From Alphaproteobacteria bacterium (GTDB lineage: Bacteria > Pseudomonadota > Alphaproteobacteria > GCA-2731375), in contig CBDDPY010000002.1 of NCBI GenBank assembly GCA_965232515.1, forward strand, positions 352,001 to 416,000: a stretch of 64,000 nt of DNA. The letters are read 5' to 3'. A program made the translations under genes and the position numbers. Below, piece after piece: positions 39,273-49,998 of the stretch. Under the pieces are notes generated by a model. That model was given only the letters and a program-made list of their open reading frames with translations, searched no databases and had not been told where the DNA came from. The first letter of the stretch is position 1. Every line of letters starts with the position of its first letter.

Positions 39273-40499
39273 ATGATGTTAACCAAACGTGCACTCATGG
39301 CCGCTGTCGCGACCGTCGCCGTCGCCGGACTGGCGGGAACGGCGTCGGCCGACAAAATGTACGGTCCCGGCGTCAGCGACACCGAGATCAAGATCGGCAA
39401 TACCAACCCCTACAGCGGCCCGGCGTCGGCTTACGGCACCATTGGCAAGGCTATCCAGGCCTATTTTGACAAAATCAACGCCGAGGGCGGCATCAACGGC
39501 CGCAAGCTCAACTTCGTGACCCTCGACGATGGCTACAGCCCGCCGAAGACGGTCGAGCAGGTCCGCAAGCTGGTCGAGAAGGAACAGGTGGCGATGCTGT
39601 TCCAGACGCTCGGCACGCCGACCAACACGGCGATCCACAAGTACATCAACGCCAAGAAGGTGCCGCACCTCTTCGTCGCCACGGGCGCGACCAAGTGGGG
39701 CCAGCCGAAGAAGTTCCCCTGGACCATGGGCTGGCAGCCGAACTACCAGGCCGAAGCCAAGGTTTATGCGAAATACATTCTGGACAACCAGCCGGGCGCC
39801 AAGGTCGCCGTGCTCTATCAGAACGACGACTACGGCAAGGACTATCTCGAAGGCTTCAAGGCCGGCCTTGGCGACAAGGCGGATTCGATGATCGTTTCCG
39901 CACTGCCCTACGAGGTCACCGACCCGACGGTCGACTCACAGATCGTCAGCATGAAGAACAGCGGCGCCACCGTGTTCTTCAACATCACCACGCCGAAGTT
40001 CGCGGCTCAGGCGATCCGCAAGGCCCACGACATCGGCTGGAAGCCGCTGCACTTCCTGAACAACGTGTCGTCGTCGGTCGGTTCGGTGCTGACACCGGCC
40101 GGTCTCGACAAGTCCGTCGGCATTATCACCGCCCAGTACCAGAAGGATCCGACCGATCCGCAATGGCAGGACAGCCAGGCCTACAAGGACTGGAACGCCT
40201 GGATGGACCAGTACTATCCGGGTGGCGACAAGAACGACGTGTCGAACGCCTACGGCTACAGTGTCGCCCAGACGCTGGAGCATGTCCTGCGCGCCGCCGG
40301 TGACAATCTGACCCGCGAAAACCTGATGAAGGAAGCCGCGAACATCCAGAACCTGGAGCTGCCGATGCTGCTGCCGGGCGTCACCATCAACACCAGCCCG
40401 AGCGATTTCTATCCCATCGAGGGCATGATGCTGTCGAAGTTCGACGGCCAGAAGTGGGAGCTGTTCGGCGACGTGATCGATCCGAGCAAGGGCAGCTAA
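39273..40499 (+). CDS. LIV-type periplasmic binding protein
   Basis: Signal peptide; SGPASAYG, GGINGRK, DDGYSPPKT, YQNDDYG. Confidence 0.9.
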   Translation: MMLTKRALMAAVATVAVAGLAGTASADKMYGPGVSDTEIKIGNTNPYSGPASAYGTIGKAIQAYFDKINAEGGINGRKLNFVTLDDGYSPPKTVEQVRKLVEKEQVAMLFQTLGTPTNTAIHKYINAKKVPHLFVATGATKWGQPKKFPWTMGWQPNYQAEAKVYAKYILDNQPGAKVAVLYQNDDYGKDYLEGFKAGLGDKADSMIVSALPYEVTDPTVDSQIVSMKNSGATVFFNITTPKFAAQAIRKAHDIGWKPLHFLNNVSSSVGSVLTPAGLDKSVGIITAQYQKDPTDPQWQDSQAYKDWNAWMDQYYPGGDKNDVSNAYGYSVAQTLEHVLRAAGDNLTRENLMKEAANIQNLELPMLLPGVTINTSPSDFYPIEGMMLSKFDGQKWELFGDVIDPSKGS

Positions 40500-40528
40500 C
40501 ACCCGAGGCCTATCGGTCCGAAAAATTG

Positions 40529-40559
40529 GAAGCCGCCGGGAAACCGGCGGCTTCTTTTT
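40529..40559 (+). terminator. Rho-independent terminator
   Basis: GAAGCCGCCGG-GAAA-CCGGCGGCTTC followed by TTTTT. Confidence 0.85.
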
Positions 40560-40644
40560 ATTGGCGAATTCGCGGTAACGCATCGCAGTTCGCCGGTCAT
40601 GGTATAACGCGGTCCAGCACGTGGCATGGGGAGGAACTGTAGGC

Positions 40645-42273
40645 ATGGTTTGGCCGACGGCGGGGCGCTGGCGCATGCGGCACGAGCTGCACTATGGCGA
40701 TCGCTTGGTGCGCTGCTTCGCCGAGCGTGCGCCGAACCTCGACACGCTTCTGCGCCGGACCGTGGCCGCCTATCCGGACAATGATGCCCTGGTCAGCGGC
40801 GAACAGCGGATTAGCTATGCCGAGCTCGACGATGCTGTCGAACAGGTCGCCGGCAACCTCGCCGGCATGGGCGTGGGCAAGGGCGACCGTGTGGCCATCC
40901 TGTTGGGCAACCGGCCGGAGTTCCTGTACGTCAATCTGGCGTGCGCTCGCCTGGGCGCCATCGCCGTGCCGATGAACGTTCGGCAGCGACGTCCCGAGAA
41001 TGAATATGCTTTGGCCCATTGCGGCGCGGTCGCGCTGATCTTCGAAGCGGATTTGGTGGCCGAGCTGCCGTCCCCCGAGAGCGTTCCTGTGCTGCGGCAT
41101 CGCTTTGTCGTCGGCGGTCGGGCGGCAGGCGCGGCGCCGTTCGAGACGCTGATGCAACCCGCCGCCGCGCCGGCCGTCGAAATCGACGAGGATGACGCCT
41201 GCACGATTCTCTACACGTCCGGCACGACGGGGCGGCCGAAGGGCGCCATGCTGACCCATTTCGGCCAAATCCAGTCGCTCAAACATTTCGAGATGGGCAT
41301 GAGGCTACAGCCGGGCGTGGAGCGCACTATCCTCTGCGTGCCCGGCAGTCACGTTACCGGGCTAACGGCCGTGCTTTTGACGATGATCGCCGTCGGTGGC
41401 TGCACCGTGCTGATGCCTGCCTTCAAGGCCGACGCGTTCGTGGCGCTGGCGGCGCGCGAGCGCATTACCGTCTCGATCCTGGTACCGGCCATGTACAACC
41501 TCTGCCTGCTGCAGCCGCGGTTCCGTGAATTCGACCTGTCGGCTTGGCGGGTCGGCGGCTTCGGCGGCGCGCCTATGCCGACGGCGACCATCGCGGCCCT
41601 GGCCGAAGAGCTGCCGAACCTGCAACTGATGAATGCTTACGGCGCCACCGAGGCGACCTCGCCGGCGACCCTGATGCCGCTCGGCCAAACCGCTGGGCGC
41701 GAAGACAGCGTCGGCCGGGTGCTGCCGTGTTCCGATATTCTTGTGATGGACGACGACGGCCGCGAGGTGGCGGCCGGCGAGAGTGGCGAGATCTGGATCG
41801 GCGGCGCGAACGTGGTGCCGGGCTACTGGAACAACGGGACGGCGAATGCGGAGACGTTCGTCGGCGGCTATTGGCGGTCCGGCGACATCGGATCGATCGA
41901 TGCCGACGGCTATGTACGCGTGTTCGACCGCAAGAAGGACATGATCAACCGGGCCGGCTTCAAGGTCTACAGCGCGGAGGTCGAGAACGTGCTGAGCCAT
42001 CATCCCGATATCGTCGAGGCCGCCGTCGTCGCGCGTCCCGACCCGGTGCTGGGCGAGAAGGTCCAGGCCTTTGTCGTCGCGAACGGCGATGCCCGCAATC
42101 CCGAGCGGGTGCGCGCCTTCTGCGCCGAACGCATGTCCGACTACAAGGTGCCGGATTTCGTCACCTATCTGGACGACGCCCTGCCGCGCAACGCCAACGG
42201 CAAAATTCTGAAACCGGTGCTGCGGGAGATGGTCGACGCCGAGATCGGGTCCGAAACGGAGGCGGCCGAATGA
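40645..42273 (+). CDS. Acyl-CoA synthetase (AMP-forming)
   Basis: YTSGTTGRPKG, NAYGATE, SGDIG, DRKKDMI, LPRNANGKI. Confidence 0.92.
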   Translation: MVWPTAGRWRMRHELHYGDRLVRCFAERAPNLDTLLRRTVAAYPDNDALVSGEQRISYAELDDAVEQVAGNLAGMGVGKGDRVAILLGNRPEFLYVNLACARLGAIAVPMNVRQRRPENEYALAHCGAVALIFEADLVAELPSPESVPVLRHRFVVGGRAAGAAPFETLMQPAAAPAVEIDEDDACTILYTSGTTGRPKGAMLTHFGQIQSLKHFEMGMRLQPGVERTILCVPGSHVTGLTAVLLTMIAVGGCTVLMPAFKADAFVALAARERITVSILVPAMYNLCLLQPRFREFDLSAWRVGGFGGAPMPTATIAALAEELPNLQLMNAYGATEATSPATLMPLGQTAGREDSVGRVLPCSDILVMDDDGREVAAGESGEIWIGGANVVPGYWNNGTANAETFVGGYWRSGDIGSIDADGYVRVFDRKKDMINRAGFKVYSAEVENVLSHHPDIVEAAVVARPDPVLGEKVQAFVVANGDARNPERVRAFCAERMSDYKVPDFVTYLDDALPRNANGKILKPVLREMVDAEIGSETEAAE

Positions 42274-44069
42274 CCTCCTTGTTGATCAATCGGCGCGACC
42301 TCGACTTCATGCTTTACGAGTTGCTCGACGTCGAGGCGCTGACGGCGCGCCCGCGTTTTGCCGAGCACGGCCGCGAGACCTTCGCCGCCGCGCTCGACAC
42401 CGCGCACGAGATCGCCGAGAAGCAGTTCGCGCCGCATAACGCCAGGGCGGATGCGAACGAGCCGACATTCGACGGCAAGACCGTCAGCCTGATCCCGGAA
42501 GTCGGTGAGGCCGTGCGCGCGTTTTCGTCGGCCGGCCTGATGGCGGCGCATCAGGACTTCGATCTCGGCGGCATGCAGTTGCCCTGGGTCGTGACGCAGG
42601 CCTGTATGGCCATGTTCCAGTCAGCCAATGTCTCGACGGCCGCCTATCCGTTCCTGACCATGGCCGCGGCCAACATGCTGCAGGCCCATGGCAGTCAGGA
42701 GCAGGTCGGCCTGTTCCTGCGGCCGATGCTGGAAGGCCGGTTCCTCGGCACCATGTGCCTGTCCGAGCCGCAGGCCGGCTCGTCGCTCGCCGACATCCGC
42801 ACCAAGGCGACCCCGACGGCCGAGGGACATTACTTGCTGTCCGGCAACAAGATGTGGATCTCGGGCGGCGACAACGAGCTGACCGAGAACATCGTGCACA
42901 TGGTGCTGGCGCGGATCGAGGGCGCTCCGCCCGGCGTCAAGGGCATCTCGTTGTTCATCGTGCCGAAGTTCCTGGTCGACGCCGACGGCGGCCTGGGCGC
43001 TCGCAACGATGTCCGTCTCGCCGGCCTGAACCACAAGATGGGTTATCGCGGCACGGTGAACACGGCGCTGAATTTCGGTGAGCAGGGCGATTGCGTCGGC
43101 TACCTGATGGGCGAACCCCATCAGGGCCTGGCGCAGATGTTCCACATGATGAACGAGGCCCGTATCGGCGTCGGCCTCGGCGCGGTGATGTTGGGCTATG
43201 CCGGCTATCTCTATTCGCTCGATTATGCCCGCAACCGGCCGCAGGGCCGGCCGCTGGCGGCTAAGGACCCGACGGCCGCGCCCATCCCGATCGTCGGGCA
43301 TACCGACGTGCGGCGCATGCTGCTGGCGCAGAAGGCCTATTGCGAGGGCGCGCTGGCGCTGTGTCTGACGGCGGCGCAAATGATCGACGATCAGCACACG
43401 GCGCCGGACCCGGAAACGCGGCGCCGCGCCGGTCTGCTGCTCGACGTGCTGACGCCGGTGGTCAAGGCCTGGCCGTCGGAATGGTGTCTGGAGGCCAACA
43501 AGCTGGCGATCCAGATCCTCGGCGGCTACGGCTATACCCGCGACTACCCTGTGGAGCAGCTCTACCGCGACAACCGGCTGAACATGATCCACGAGGGTAC
43601 GAACGGCATCCAGGCGCTCGACCTGCTGGGCCGGAAGGCCGGCATGGCGGGTGGCGAGGGGCTGACGCTGCTGCTCGAAGACATGCGGGCCTGCGCGGCC
43701 CAAGCGGCGGATGTCGATACGCTCGCCGAGTTTGCCGCGGCACTGTCGGCGGCCGCCGACCGGCTGCAAACGACGACGGCTACGCTGCTGGCGGCCGGCC
43801 GGGACGATCCCGAACGGTCGCTCGCCAACGCGCATGTCTATCTCGAGATGGCCGGAACAACGGTCATCGCCTGGATTTGGCTACGCCAGGCGCTGGTCGC
43901 CGCACGCCGTCGGGGCGATGCGCAGGCGGACGATGTTGCGTTCTACGCCGGCAAGATCCAGGCCTGCCGATACTTCTTCCGGTTCGAGCTGCCGAAGACC
44001 GAGGCGCAGGCCCGGCTGCTGTCGGAGCTCGACGACACGACGCTGGCCATGAAGGACGCCTGGTTCTGA
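42270..44069 (+). CDS. Acyl-CoA dehydrogenase (long, ~600-aa type)
   Basis: TMCLSEPQAGS, GNKMWISGG, HKMG, QILGGYGY, IHEGTNGIQALDL; ATGA overlap with the ligase. Confidence 0.92.
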   Translation: MTSLLINRRDLDFMLYELLDVEALTARPRFAEHGRETFAAALDTAHEIAEKQFAPHNARADANEPTFDGKTVSLIPEVGEAVRAFSSAGLMAAHQDFDLGGMQLPWVVTQACMAMFQSANVSTAAYPFLTMAAANMLQAHGSQEQVGLFLRPMLEGRFLGTMCLSEPQAGSSLADIRTKATPTAEGHYLLSGNKMWISGGDNELTENIVHMVLARIEGAPPGVKGISLFIVPKFLVDADGGLGARNDVRLAGLNHKMGYRGTVNTALNFGEQGDCVGYLMGEPHQGLAQMFHMMNEARIGVGLGAVMLGYAGYLYSLDYARNRPQGRPLAAKDPTAAPIPIVGHTDVRRMLLAQKAYCEGALALCLTAAQMIDDQHTAPDPETRRRAGLLLDVLTPVVKAWPSEWCLEANKLAIQILGGYGYTRDYPVEQLYRDNRLNMIHEGTNGIQALDLLGRKAGMAGGEGLTLLLEDMRACAAQAADVDTLAEFAAALSAAADRLQTTTATLLAAGRDDPERSLANAHVYLEMAGTTVIAWIWLRQALVAARRRGDAQADDVAFYAGKIQACRYFFRFELPKTEAQARLLSELDDTTLAMKDAWF

Positions 44070-44848
44070 TGTACGAGACGCTGCTGATCGTCGATGTGGA
44101 CCATGTCCGCACGGTCACCATCAACCGGCCGAAGGCGCTGAACGCGCTCAATCGCAAGGTGTTCGAAGAGTTGACGGAGATCTTCGAACGGACCGCCGAG
44201 GACGCCGAAATCCGGGTCGTCGTGCTCAAGGGCACCGGCGGCCGGGCCTTCGTCGCCGGCGCCGATATCAAGGAGTTCAACGCCATGACGCCGGCCGAGG
44301 CCGAGGCCAAGTCGTGGCAGGGCATGCGCCTCTACGACCTGATGCGCCGCCTGCCGAAGCCGGTCGTGGCGTCGATCGACGGCTATGCGCTTGGCGGCGG
44401 CATGCTGCTGGCGATGGCCTGCGACGTCCGTGTCGCAGCCGAGACCGCGACGTTCGGCTATCCGGAAATCCGGCTCGGCATCTTTCCCGGCACCGGCGGC
44501 ACCGTCTTGCTGGACCGGCTGATCGGCCCGGCGGCCGCGCGCAGCATCTGTCTGCTGGGCGATCAGTTCCCGGCCGAGCGCGCCTATCAGCTTGGCTTGG
44601 TCAACCGGCTGGTGCCGGCGGGCGAGTTGGCTGCTGCCACGGACAAAGTGGCCGCGACACTCGCGAACTATAGTCCGATCGCAATTCGCGAGCTGAAGTC
44701 GGTCTTGAATGCATCGCTGGAGCGCGATTTCGAAGCTGCGCGGGTGGCCGAGGTGGCGGCATACGGCCGGTGCTTCGCCAGCGAAGACCGAAAGGAGGGG
44801 GTGCGGGCATTCATCGAGAAACGGGCGCCTCTCTTCACCGGGCGGTGA
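44069..44848 (+). CDS. Enoyl-CoA hydratase/isomerase
   Basis: INRPKALNAL, AFVAGADI, GYALGGG, PEIRLGIFPG, AFIEKRAP; start at ATG 44069. Confidence 0.9.
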   Translation: MYETLLIVDVDHVRTVTINRPKALNALNRKVFEELTEIFERTAEDAEIRVVVLKGTGGRAFVAGADIKEFNAMTPAEAEAKSWQGMRLYDLMRRLPKPVVASIDGYALGGGMLLAMACDVRVAAETATFGYPEIRLGIFPGTGGTVLLDRLIGPAAARSICLLGDQFPAERAYQLGLVNRLVPAGELAAATDKVAATLANYSPIAIRELKSVLNASLERDFEAARVAEVAAYGRCFASEDRKEGVRAFIEKRAPLFTGR

Positions 44849-44906
44849 TAATTTCTGTCGACATGGCTATCCGACGGCCAATATGCGAACATCCTGATGC
44901 TCTGAT

Positions 44907-47900
44907 TTGGGCTTGAGACAGGTCGTCATCTTGCGGGGCAACGAATCTCTGTCACTGACCTGGCGGGTGCTGATCGGCATTGTTGCGGTCGCGACCCTGA
45001 GCGCATTGGTGGGGTTGGGGTTAATCCAACTCACCGGCCTCGAAGAAATCTACGCTCAACAACGGCCGTTCGGCGCCTTGCTCTGGGCGGCCGCCGCCTG
45101 CGCGATGGCCGTGACGATGATGATGATCGTCTGGTTGAGCGTCGTCCGGCCACTGCGGGTTCTGCGGCGGCGGCTGAACGACTTGGCCAACGGCCGGTTT
45201 GAGGACGATGCGGCGCTGCCGGCAATGGCGTCGGCCGAGCTTGTCGCGCTGAAGTCCGATCTGGAACGCGTCGGCCAGACATTGGCGGTACAGGCCGAGC
45301 GGGATGACGAGCGGCGGTTCCACGACCGGTACATGCGGCTCATTGCCCAGGACGTGCCGGCACTCGTGGCCTATGTCGACCGGGACCTGATTTTCAGATT
45401 TGCCAATCGCGGTTATGCCGAGCTGATGGGGACGACGACGGAGGAAATCGTCGGCAAGTCGCTGAAGGAAACGGCCTGTGAGTCGGCCTACGAGGCACTG
45501 AAGGCGCGGGCCGAGATCGCCCTGAGCGGGCAGTCGATCCAGTTCGAGCGCCAGGTTACCTATCCCGACGGGCGGGATATGTGGGCGCGCATGAACTATC
45601 GGCCGGACTTCGATGAAAATGGCGAGGTCGTCGGCTATATCTCGATGATCGTCGACATCGACGAGCACAAACTGGCCGAGGCCGAGCTCAAGCTGAGCGA
45701 GCAGCGTCTGCGCGACTTCGCCGAAGCGGCATCCGACTGGTTCTGGGAGATGGGGCCGGATCTGCGCTTCACCTATATGTCGGAGCAGGTCGAGCGCATC
45801 ACCGGCGTCCCGGTTGGCTTTCATCTCGGCAAGACCCGCGAGGAGCTCGCGACCGGCATCGATGACCAGGCCAATTGGGCTCGACACCAGAAGGTCCTTG
45901 AGGAACGCAAGCCGTTTCGAAACTTCGCCTACTGGCGTCATACCCATGATGGCCGAACCCTGCATGTGACATCGAGCGGCAAGCCGGTCTTTGATCCCGA
46001 CGGCACCTTTCTCGGTTATCGTGGAGTCGGCGCCGACTTGACCAAGGTTGTCGAGGCGGAGCATCGGGCCGAGTTGGCGCAGCAGCGGCTGGTGGATGCG
46101 GTCGAGGCGTTGTCGCAGGGCTTCGTGTTGTTCGACAGCGATGACCGGGTGGTGATGTGCAACCGCCGCTTTCTCGAATTCTTCGACCTGGGCGAAGACG
46201 TCGTCGACGAGCATTGGCGTTTCATCGACATCTGCCGCTACAAGCTGCGCAAGGGCTCTTATCCCGAGGCGGAAGGCCGGGAAGAGGAATGGCTGGCGGA
46301 GCGGTTGGAAAAGCACCGCGGCGCCCACGCTCCGTTCGAATTGCGGTTGGTGACGGGCGAATGGCTACAGATCAGTGAACGACGCACCAGCGACGGTGGC
46401 CTGGTGATCGTGTATTCCGATATCTCGGCGCTGAAGGCGGCCGAGGTGAGCCAGCGCGACGCGCGCGCTCAGGCGGAAGCGGCCAACAAGGCCAAGTCGG
46501 ACTTCCTCGCCAACATGAGCCATGAGATCCGGACACCCATGAATGCGGTCCTGGGCATGTTGGGCATGGTTGCAGACAGCGGCCTTAACTCGGCGCAGCG
46601 CTCTTACGTACAGGTCGCCCGTGATTCGGCCGAGATGCTGCTCGACATGCTGAACGATCTGCTCGACCTCTCGAAGCTCGAGGCCGGAAAGCTCGACCTC
46701 CAGAATGCGGCGTTCGACCTGACATCCGTCGTCGAGGACGCCGTGCAGCTGATGGCGCCGAGAGCCGAGGCCAAAGGCCTTCAACTAGCCACTTATTTCG
46801 ATCCGACGCTGATAGCCGAGCTCGTGGGAGACGGCGCTCGTCTGCGGCAGATCATCCTCAATCTGGTCGGCAACGCCATCAAATTCACCGACGAGGGCGG
46901 CGTATCGATCGCGGTCAGGGCCGCCATGGTCGGCGAAAGATCAGCCGGTCTGCGCATCGAGGTCGCCGACACCGGCATCGGCATCGCCGTGGCCGGCAGC
47001 GAGCCTGGCGTCGTCTTCGAACGCTTTAGCCAGCTCGACACCGAGGCGAACCGCAGTCGGGGAGGAACCGGGCTCGGTTTGGCGATCTGCCGGCATCTTG
47101 TCGAGGCCATGGGCGGCCGGATCGGCTACCGCGGCAACGGCGACGGCGGCTGCACGTTCTGGTTCGAGCTGGGTCTCGGGAAACAGCCCGGCGCGGCCGC
47201 CGGGCGGCCCTATCCGGGGGGCCGGATCCGGGCGCTCGTCTACGAGACCAACGATGTCGTGCGCGCGACGGTCCGCCGGCAGCTCGAGGCCTGGGGCACC
47301 GAGGTCACGTCCTGCGATCGGATCCAGGCGCTTCTGGAGCAGGCGATGACGGCCGCCGGCCCGGCGCCGTTCAACCTTGTTCTGCTGGATCAGGGGGCAT
47401 TGCGTCAGGGACCGCCCAAGCTGCTCGACTGGCTGGGGGCGGGTCGTTGCACGGCCGGCGCCGTGATCGTGTTGTTGAGCCGACCCGGCCACGGTGGGAT
47501 TGGTCAATCCGACGAGACGGAAGATGCGGCCTTGCGCCTGACGAAACCTCTGCGGCAGGCGGACTTGCGCCTATGCCTGGCGCTCGCGCGTGGCGAGAGC
47601 GTGCCGTCGGCTGCGACGCCTGACCATCGACGCGGTGGCGGCGATGCCGCGTCTGCCGGATTGGCCCGGGTTCTGCTGGTCGAGGACAGCCCCACCAATC
47701 AGCTTGTCGGACGTCTGATGCTCGAGGGCGACCGGTTCGAGGTCGATGTCGCCGCCAATGGCGAGGAAGCCGTTCATCGGGTGCAGGCCACGGCGTATGA
47801 CGTCGTGCTGATGGATGTCGCTATGCCGGTCATGGACGGCCTGACCGCAACCAGGCTGATCCGGCAGCTTGGCGGCGATTTTGCCGAATTGCCGATCATT

Positions 47901-48473
47901 GCAATGACCGCAAACGTCATGTCAGGCGACCGGGAGCGCTGCTTTGCCGCCGGTATGACCGATTACATCACCAAGCCGGTCGAACGGGTCGAAATCCTGG
48001 CCGCGATCGGCCGCTGCCTCGATGGTCGGGCGGCGGTGGCCAGGCCGGCCGTGGTGCAGGCATCGTTGCCGGCGGGTGATCTGCTCGATCTCGACATGCT
48101 GCGGCAACTGGGCGCCGACACCGGACTGGATGTGGTGCCCGACCTGATTGCCAGGTTTGCCGACGAAGTGCGCGAGCGGGCCGACCGCATTGCCGCCGCC
48201 GCCGCGGCGGAAGACGGCGAACAGCTGGCGCATGAAGCGCATGCCCTGAAGAGCGGTTCCCGCACCTTCGGCGCGCTGGCGCTGTTCGAGCGCGCCAAGG
48301 CGATCGAATGGGACTGCCGTGACGGCCGTACCTCACGGGCGATCGGCCATTGCGAAGGGCTTCTCGAGCTGGTCGACGCGACGCTTTCGGCGCTCTCCGC
48401 CGTGCCTCGGGAGGCGTTGCGCGCGCCTGCGCCCGCCGACGGCGGCCAGACGGTCAATACTCCTCCGCCTTGA
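44907..48473 (+). CDS. Hybrid sensor histidine kinase (TM-HAMP-PAS x3-HisKA-HATPase-REC(degenerate)-REC-HPt)
   Basis: FLANMSHEIRTPMN, NLVGNAIKFT, DTGIG, GGTGLGL, LMDVAMPVMDG, HPt AHALKSGS; start uncertain. Confidence 0.9.
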   Translation: MGLRQVVILRGNESLSLTWRVLIGIVAVATLSALVGLGLIQLTGLEEIYAQQRPFGALLWAAAACAMAVTMMMIVWLSVVRPLRVLRRRLNDLANGRFEDDAALPAMASAELVALKSDLERVGQTLAVQAERDDERRFHDRYMRLIAQDVPALVAYVDRDLIFRFANRGYAELMGTTTEEIVGKSLKETACESAYEALKARAEIALSGQSIQFERQVTYPDGRDMWARMNYRPDFDENGEVVGYISMIVDIDEHKLAEAELKLSEQRLRDFAEAASDWFWEMGPDLRFTYMSEQVERITGVPVGFHLGKTREELATGIDDQANWARHQKVLEERKPFRNFAYWRHTHDGRTLHVTSSGKPVFDPDGTFLGYRGVGADLTKVVEAEHRAELAQQRLVDAVEALSQGFVLFDSDDRVVMCNRRFLEFFDLGEDVVDEHWRFIDICRYKLRKGSYPEAEGREEEWLAERLEKHRGAHAPFELRLVTGEWLQISERRTSDGGLVIVYSDISALKAAEVSQRDARAQAEAANKAKSDFLANMSHEIRTPMNAVLGMLGMVADSGLNSAQRSYVQVARDSAEMLLDMLNDLLDLSKLEAGKLDLQNAAFDLTSVVEDAVQLMAPRAEAKGLQLATYFDPTLIAELVGDGARLRQIILNLVGNAIKFTDEGGVSIAVRAAMVGERSAGLRIEVADTGIGIAVAGSEPGVVFERFSQLDTEANRSRGGTGLGLAICRHLVEAMGGRIGYRGNGDGGCTFWFELGLGKQPGAAAGRPYPGGRIRALVYETNDVVRATVRRQLEAWGTEVTSCDRIQALLEQAMTAAGPAPFNLVLLDQGALRQGPPKLLDWLGAGRCTAGAVIVLLSRPGHGGIGQSDETEDAALRLTKPLRQADLRLCLALARGESVPSAATPDHRRGGGDAASAGLARVLLVEDSPTNQLVGRLMLEGDRFEVDVAANGEEAVHRVQATAYDVVLMDVAMPVMDGLTATRLIRQLGGDFAELPIIAMTANVMSGDRERCFAAGMTDYITKPVERVEILAAIGRCLDGRAAVARPAVVQASLPAGDLLDLDMLRQLGADTGLDVVPDLIARFADEVRERADRIAAAAAAEDGEQLAHEAHALKSGSRTFGALALFERAKAIEWDCRDGRTSRAIGHCEGLLELVDATLSALSAVPREALRAPAPADGGQTVNTPPP

Positions 48474-49998
48474 TGGGCGAGGCCGCGGCATCGCCGTCGT
48501 TCTCCGCCCAGGCCTGGCGCTTGCGATAGATCGTCGAAGGGCTGACCTCGAGCAGGGCCGCGGCGCGGGGGATGTTGCCGCCGCAATGCCTGATGGCGGC
48601 CTCGATCGTGTCTCTCTCGATCTGCCAAAGCGGCCGGACCGGGGGCAGGGGCGTCTGCTCGGCTTCCGCCAGTCCGCTCGCTTGGAGCGGTTCCTCGGCC
48701 GTATCGGCGACGTCGGGCGCCGCCAGGATCGGGTCTTCGGGTGGCGTCAAGCCGTCGCTGCGCAACGGTGGCGGCAGCATCTCGCTGCCGACGATCTCGC
48801 CGTCGTTCAGGACCACGACGTTGCGTACGATGTTCTGCAATTGGCGGACGTTGCCGGGCCAGTCGTAGGTCTGCAGCTTGGCTTCCGCTTCGCCCGTGAA
48901 GGTGCGGAACCGGCGGCCTTCCTCGCCGGCATAGGCCGCCAGAAACGCGCGGGCGATTTCCAGCACGTCGTTGCCGCGCTCACGCAGCGGCGGCATGTAG
49001 ATCGGGATTACATGCAGTCGGTAATAGAGGTCTTCCCGGAACTCGCCGGCTTCGACGGCCTTCAGCGGGTCGCGATTGGTGGCGCAGATGAAGCGGACGT
49101 CGACCTTCTCGGTCTTGTTGCCGCCGACCTTCAGGAAACTGCCGGTCTGGATAAAGCGCAGCAGCTTGCTCTGCAGGTTGATGTCCATATCGCAGATCTC
49201 ATCGAGGAACAGCGTGCCGCCGTCGGCCCGCGCGGCCGCGCCCTCACGGTCCTCGAGTGCGCCGGTGAAGGCGCCCTTCACATGGCCGAAGATCTCGCTC
49301 TCGATCAGATCCTTCGGAATGGCGGCGCAGTTGATGGCGACGAATGGCGCGTTCTTGCGCGGGCTGCGCTCGTGCACGGCCTCGGCGCAGATTTCCTTGC
49401 CGGTGCCGCTTTCGCCGGTGATGAACACGGTCGCGCGGCTGCTGGCGGCGCCGTCGATGATCCGGTAGACGGCCTGCATGGCCAGCGACGAACCGATGAA
49501 GCCGCCATATTGCCGGCGGACGATGTCCTCCTCGTAGGTTTCGACGATGCGGGTCAGCCGTTGCCGCTCCAGCGCGTTGCGCAGCGTGAAGACCAGGCGC
49601 TCGGCGTTGAACGGCTTGACCAGGAAGTCGAACGCGCCGCCGCGCATGGCGTCGACGGCGACGTTGATCGAGCCATGCGCCGTAATCACCACGACCGCCG
49701 TCGACAGCCCGTTGTCCCGCACATGGCGCAGGATCTCCATGCCGTCCATGTCCGGCAGTTTCAGGTCCAACAGCACGACCGGCGGCGCCTTTTCGTGCAG
49801 TGCCGTCAAGGCGTCCCTGCCGGTATCGGCGTGCACCACGTCGAACGGCTCGTCGCGAAGGTATTCCAGATAGACCCGGGCCAGAGAAGGGCTGTCTTCG
49901 ACCAGCAAGACCGTGGTCCGGGCACCGCTATCGGCGGCGACCTCCGACATATTTCGGTCGGCTATCTCGTTGCTTGATTGCTCGGCGTTCGGTGGCAC
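48454..49998 (-). CDS. Sigma-54-dependent response regulator, LuxO-like
   Basis: REC (VEDS, LLDLKLPD), linker GFIGSS, GESGTGKE, GAFTGA, HTH GNIPRAAALLEVSPSTIYRK; GGGAGG before GTG 49998. Confidence 0.88.
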   Translation of the reverse strand: MPPNAEQSSNEIADRNMSEVAADSGARTTVLLVEDSPSLARVYLEYLRDEPFDVVHADTGRDALTALHEKAPPVVLLDLKLPDMDGMEILRHVRDNGLSTAVVVITAHGSINVAVDAMRGGAFDFLVKPFNAERLVFTLRNALERQRLTRIVETYEEDIVRRQYGGFIGSSLAMQAVYRIIDGAASSRATVFITGESGTGKEICAEAVHERSPRKNAPFVAINCAAIPKDLIESEIFGHVKGAFTGALEDREGAAARADGGTLFLDEICDMDINLQSKLLRFIQTGSFLKVGGNKTEKVDVRFICATNRDPLKAVEAGEFREDLYYRLHVIPIYMPPLRERGNDVLEIARAFLAAYAGEEGRRFRTFTGEAEAKLQTYDWPGNVRQLQNIVRNVVVLNDGEIVGSEMLPPPLRSDGLTPPEDPILAAPDVADTAEEPLQASGLAEAEQTPLPPVRPLWQIERDTIEAAIRHCGGNIPRAAALLEVSPSTIYRKRQAWAENDGDAAASPIKAEEY

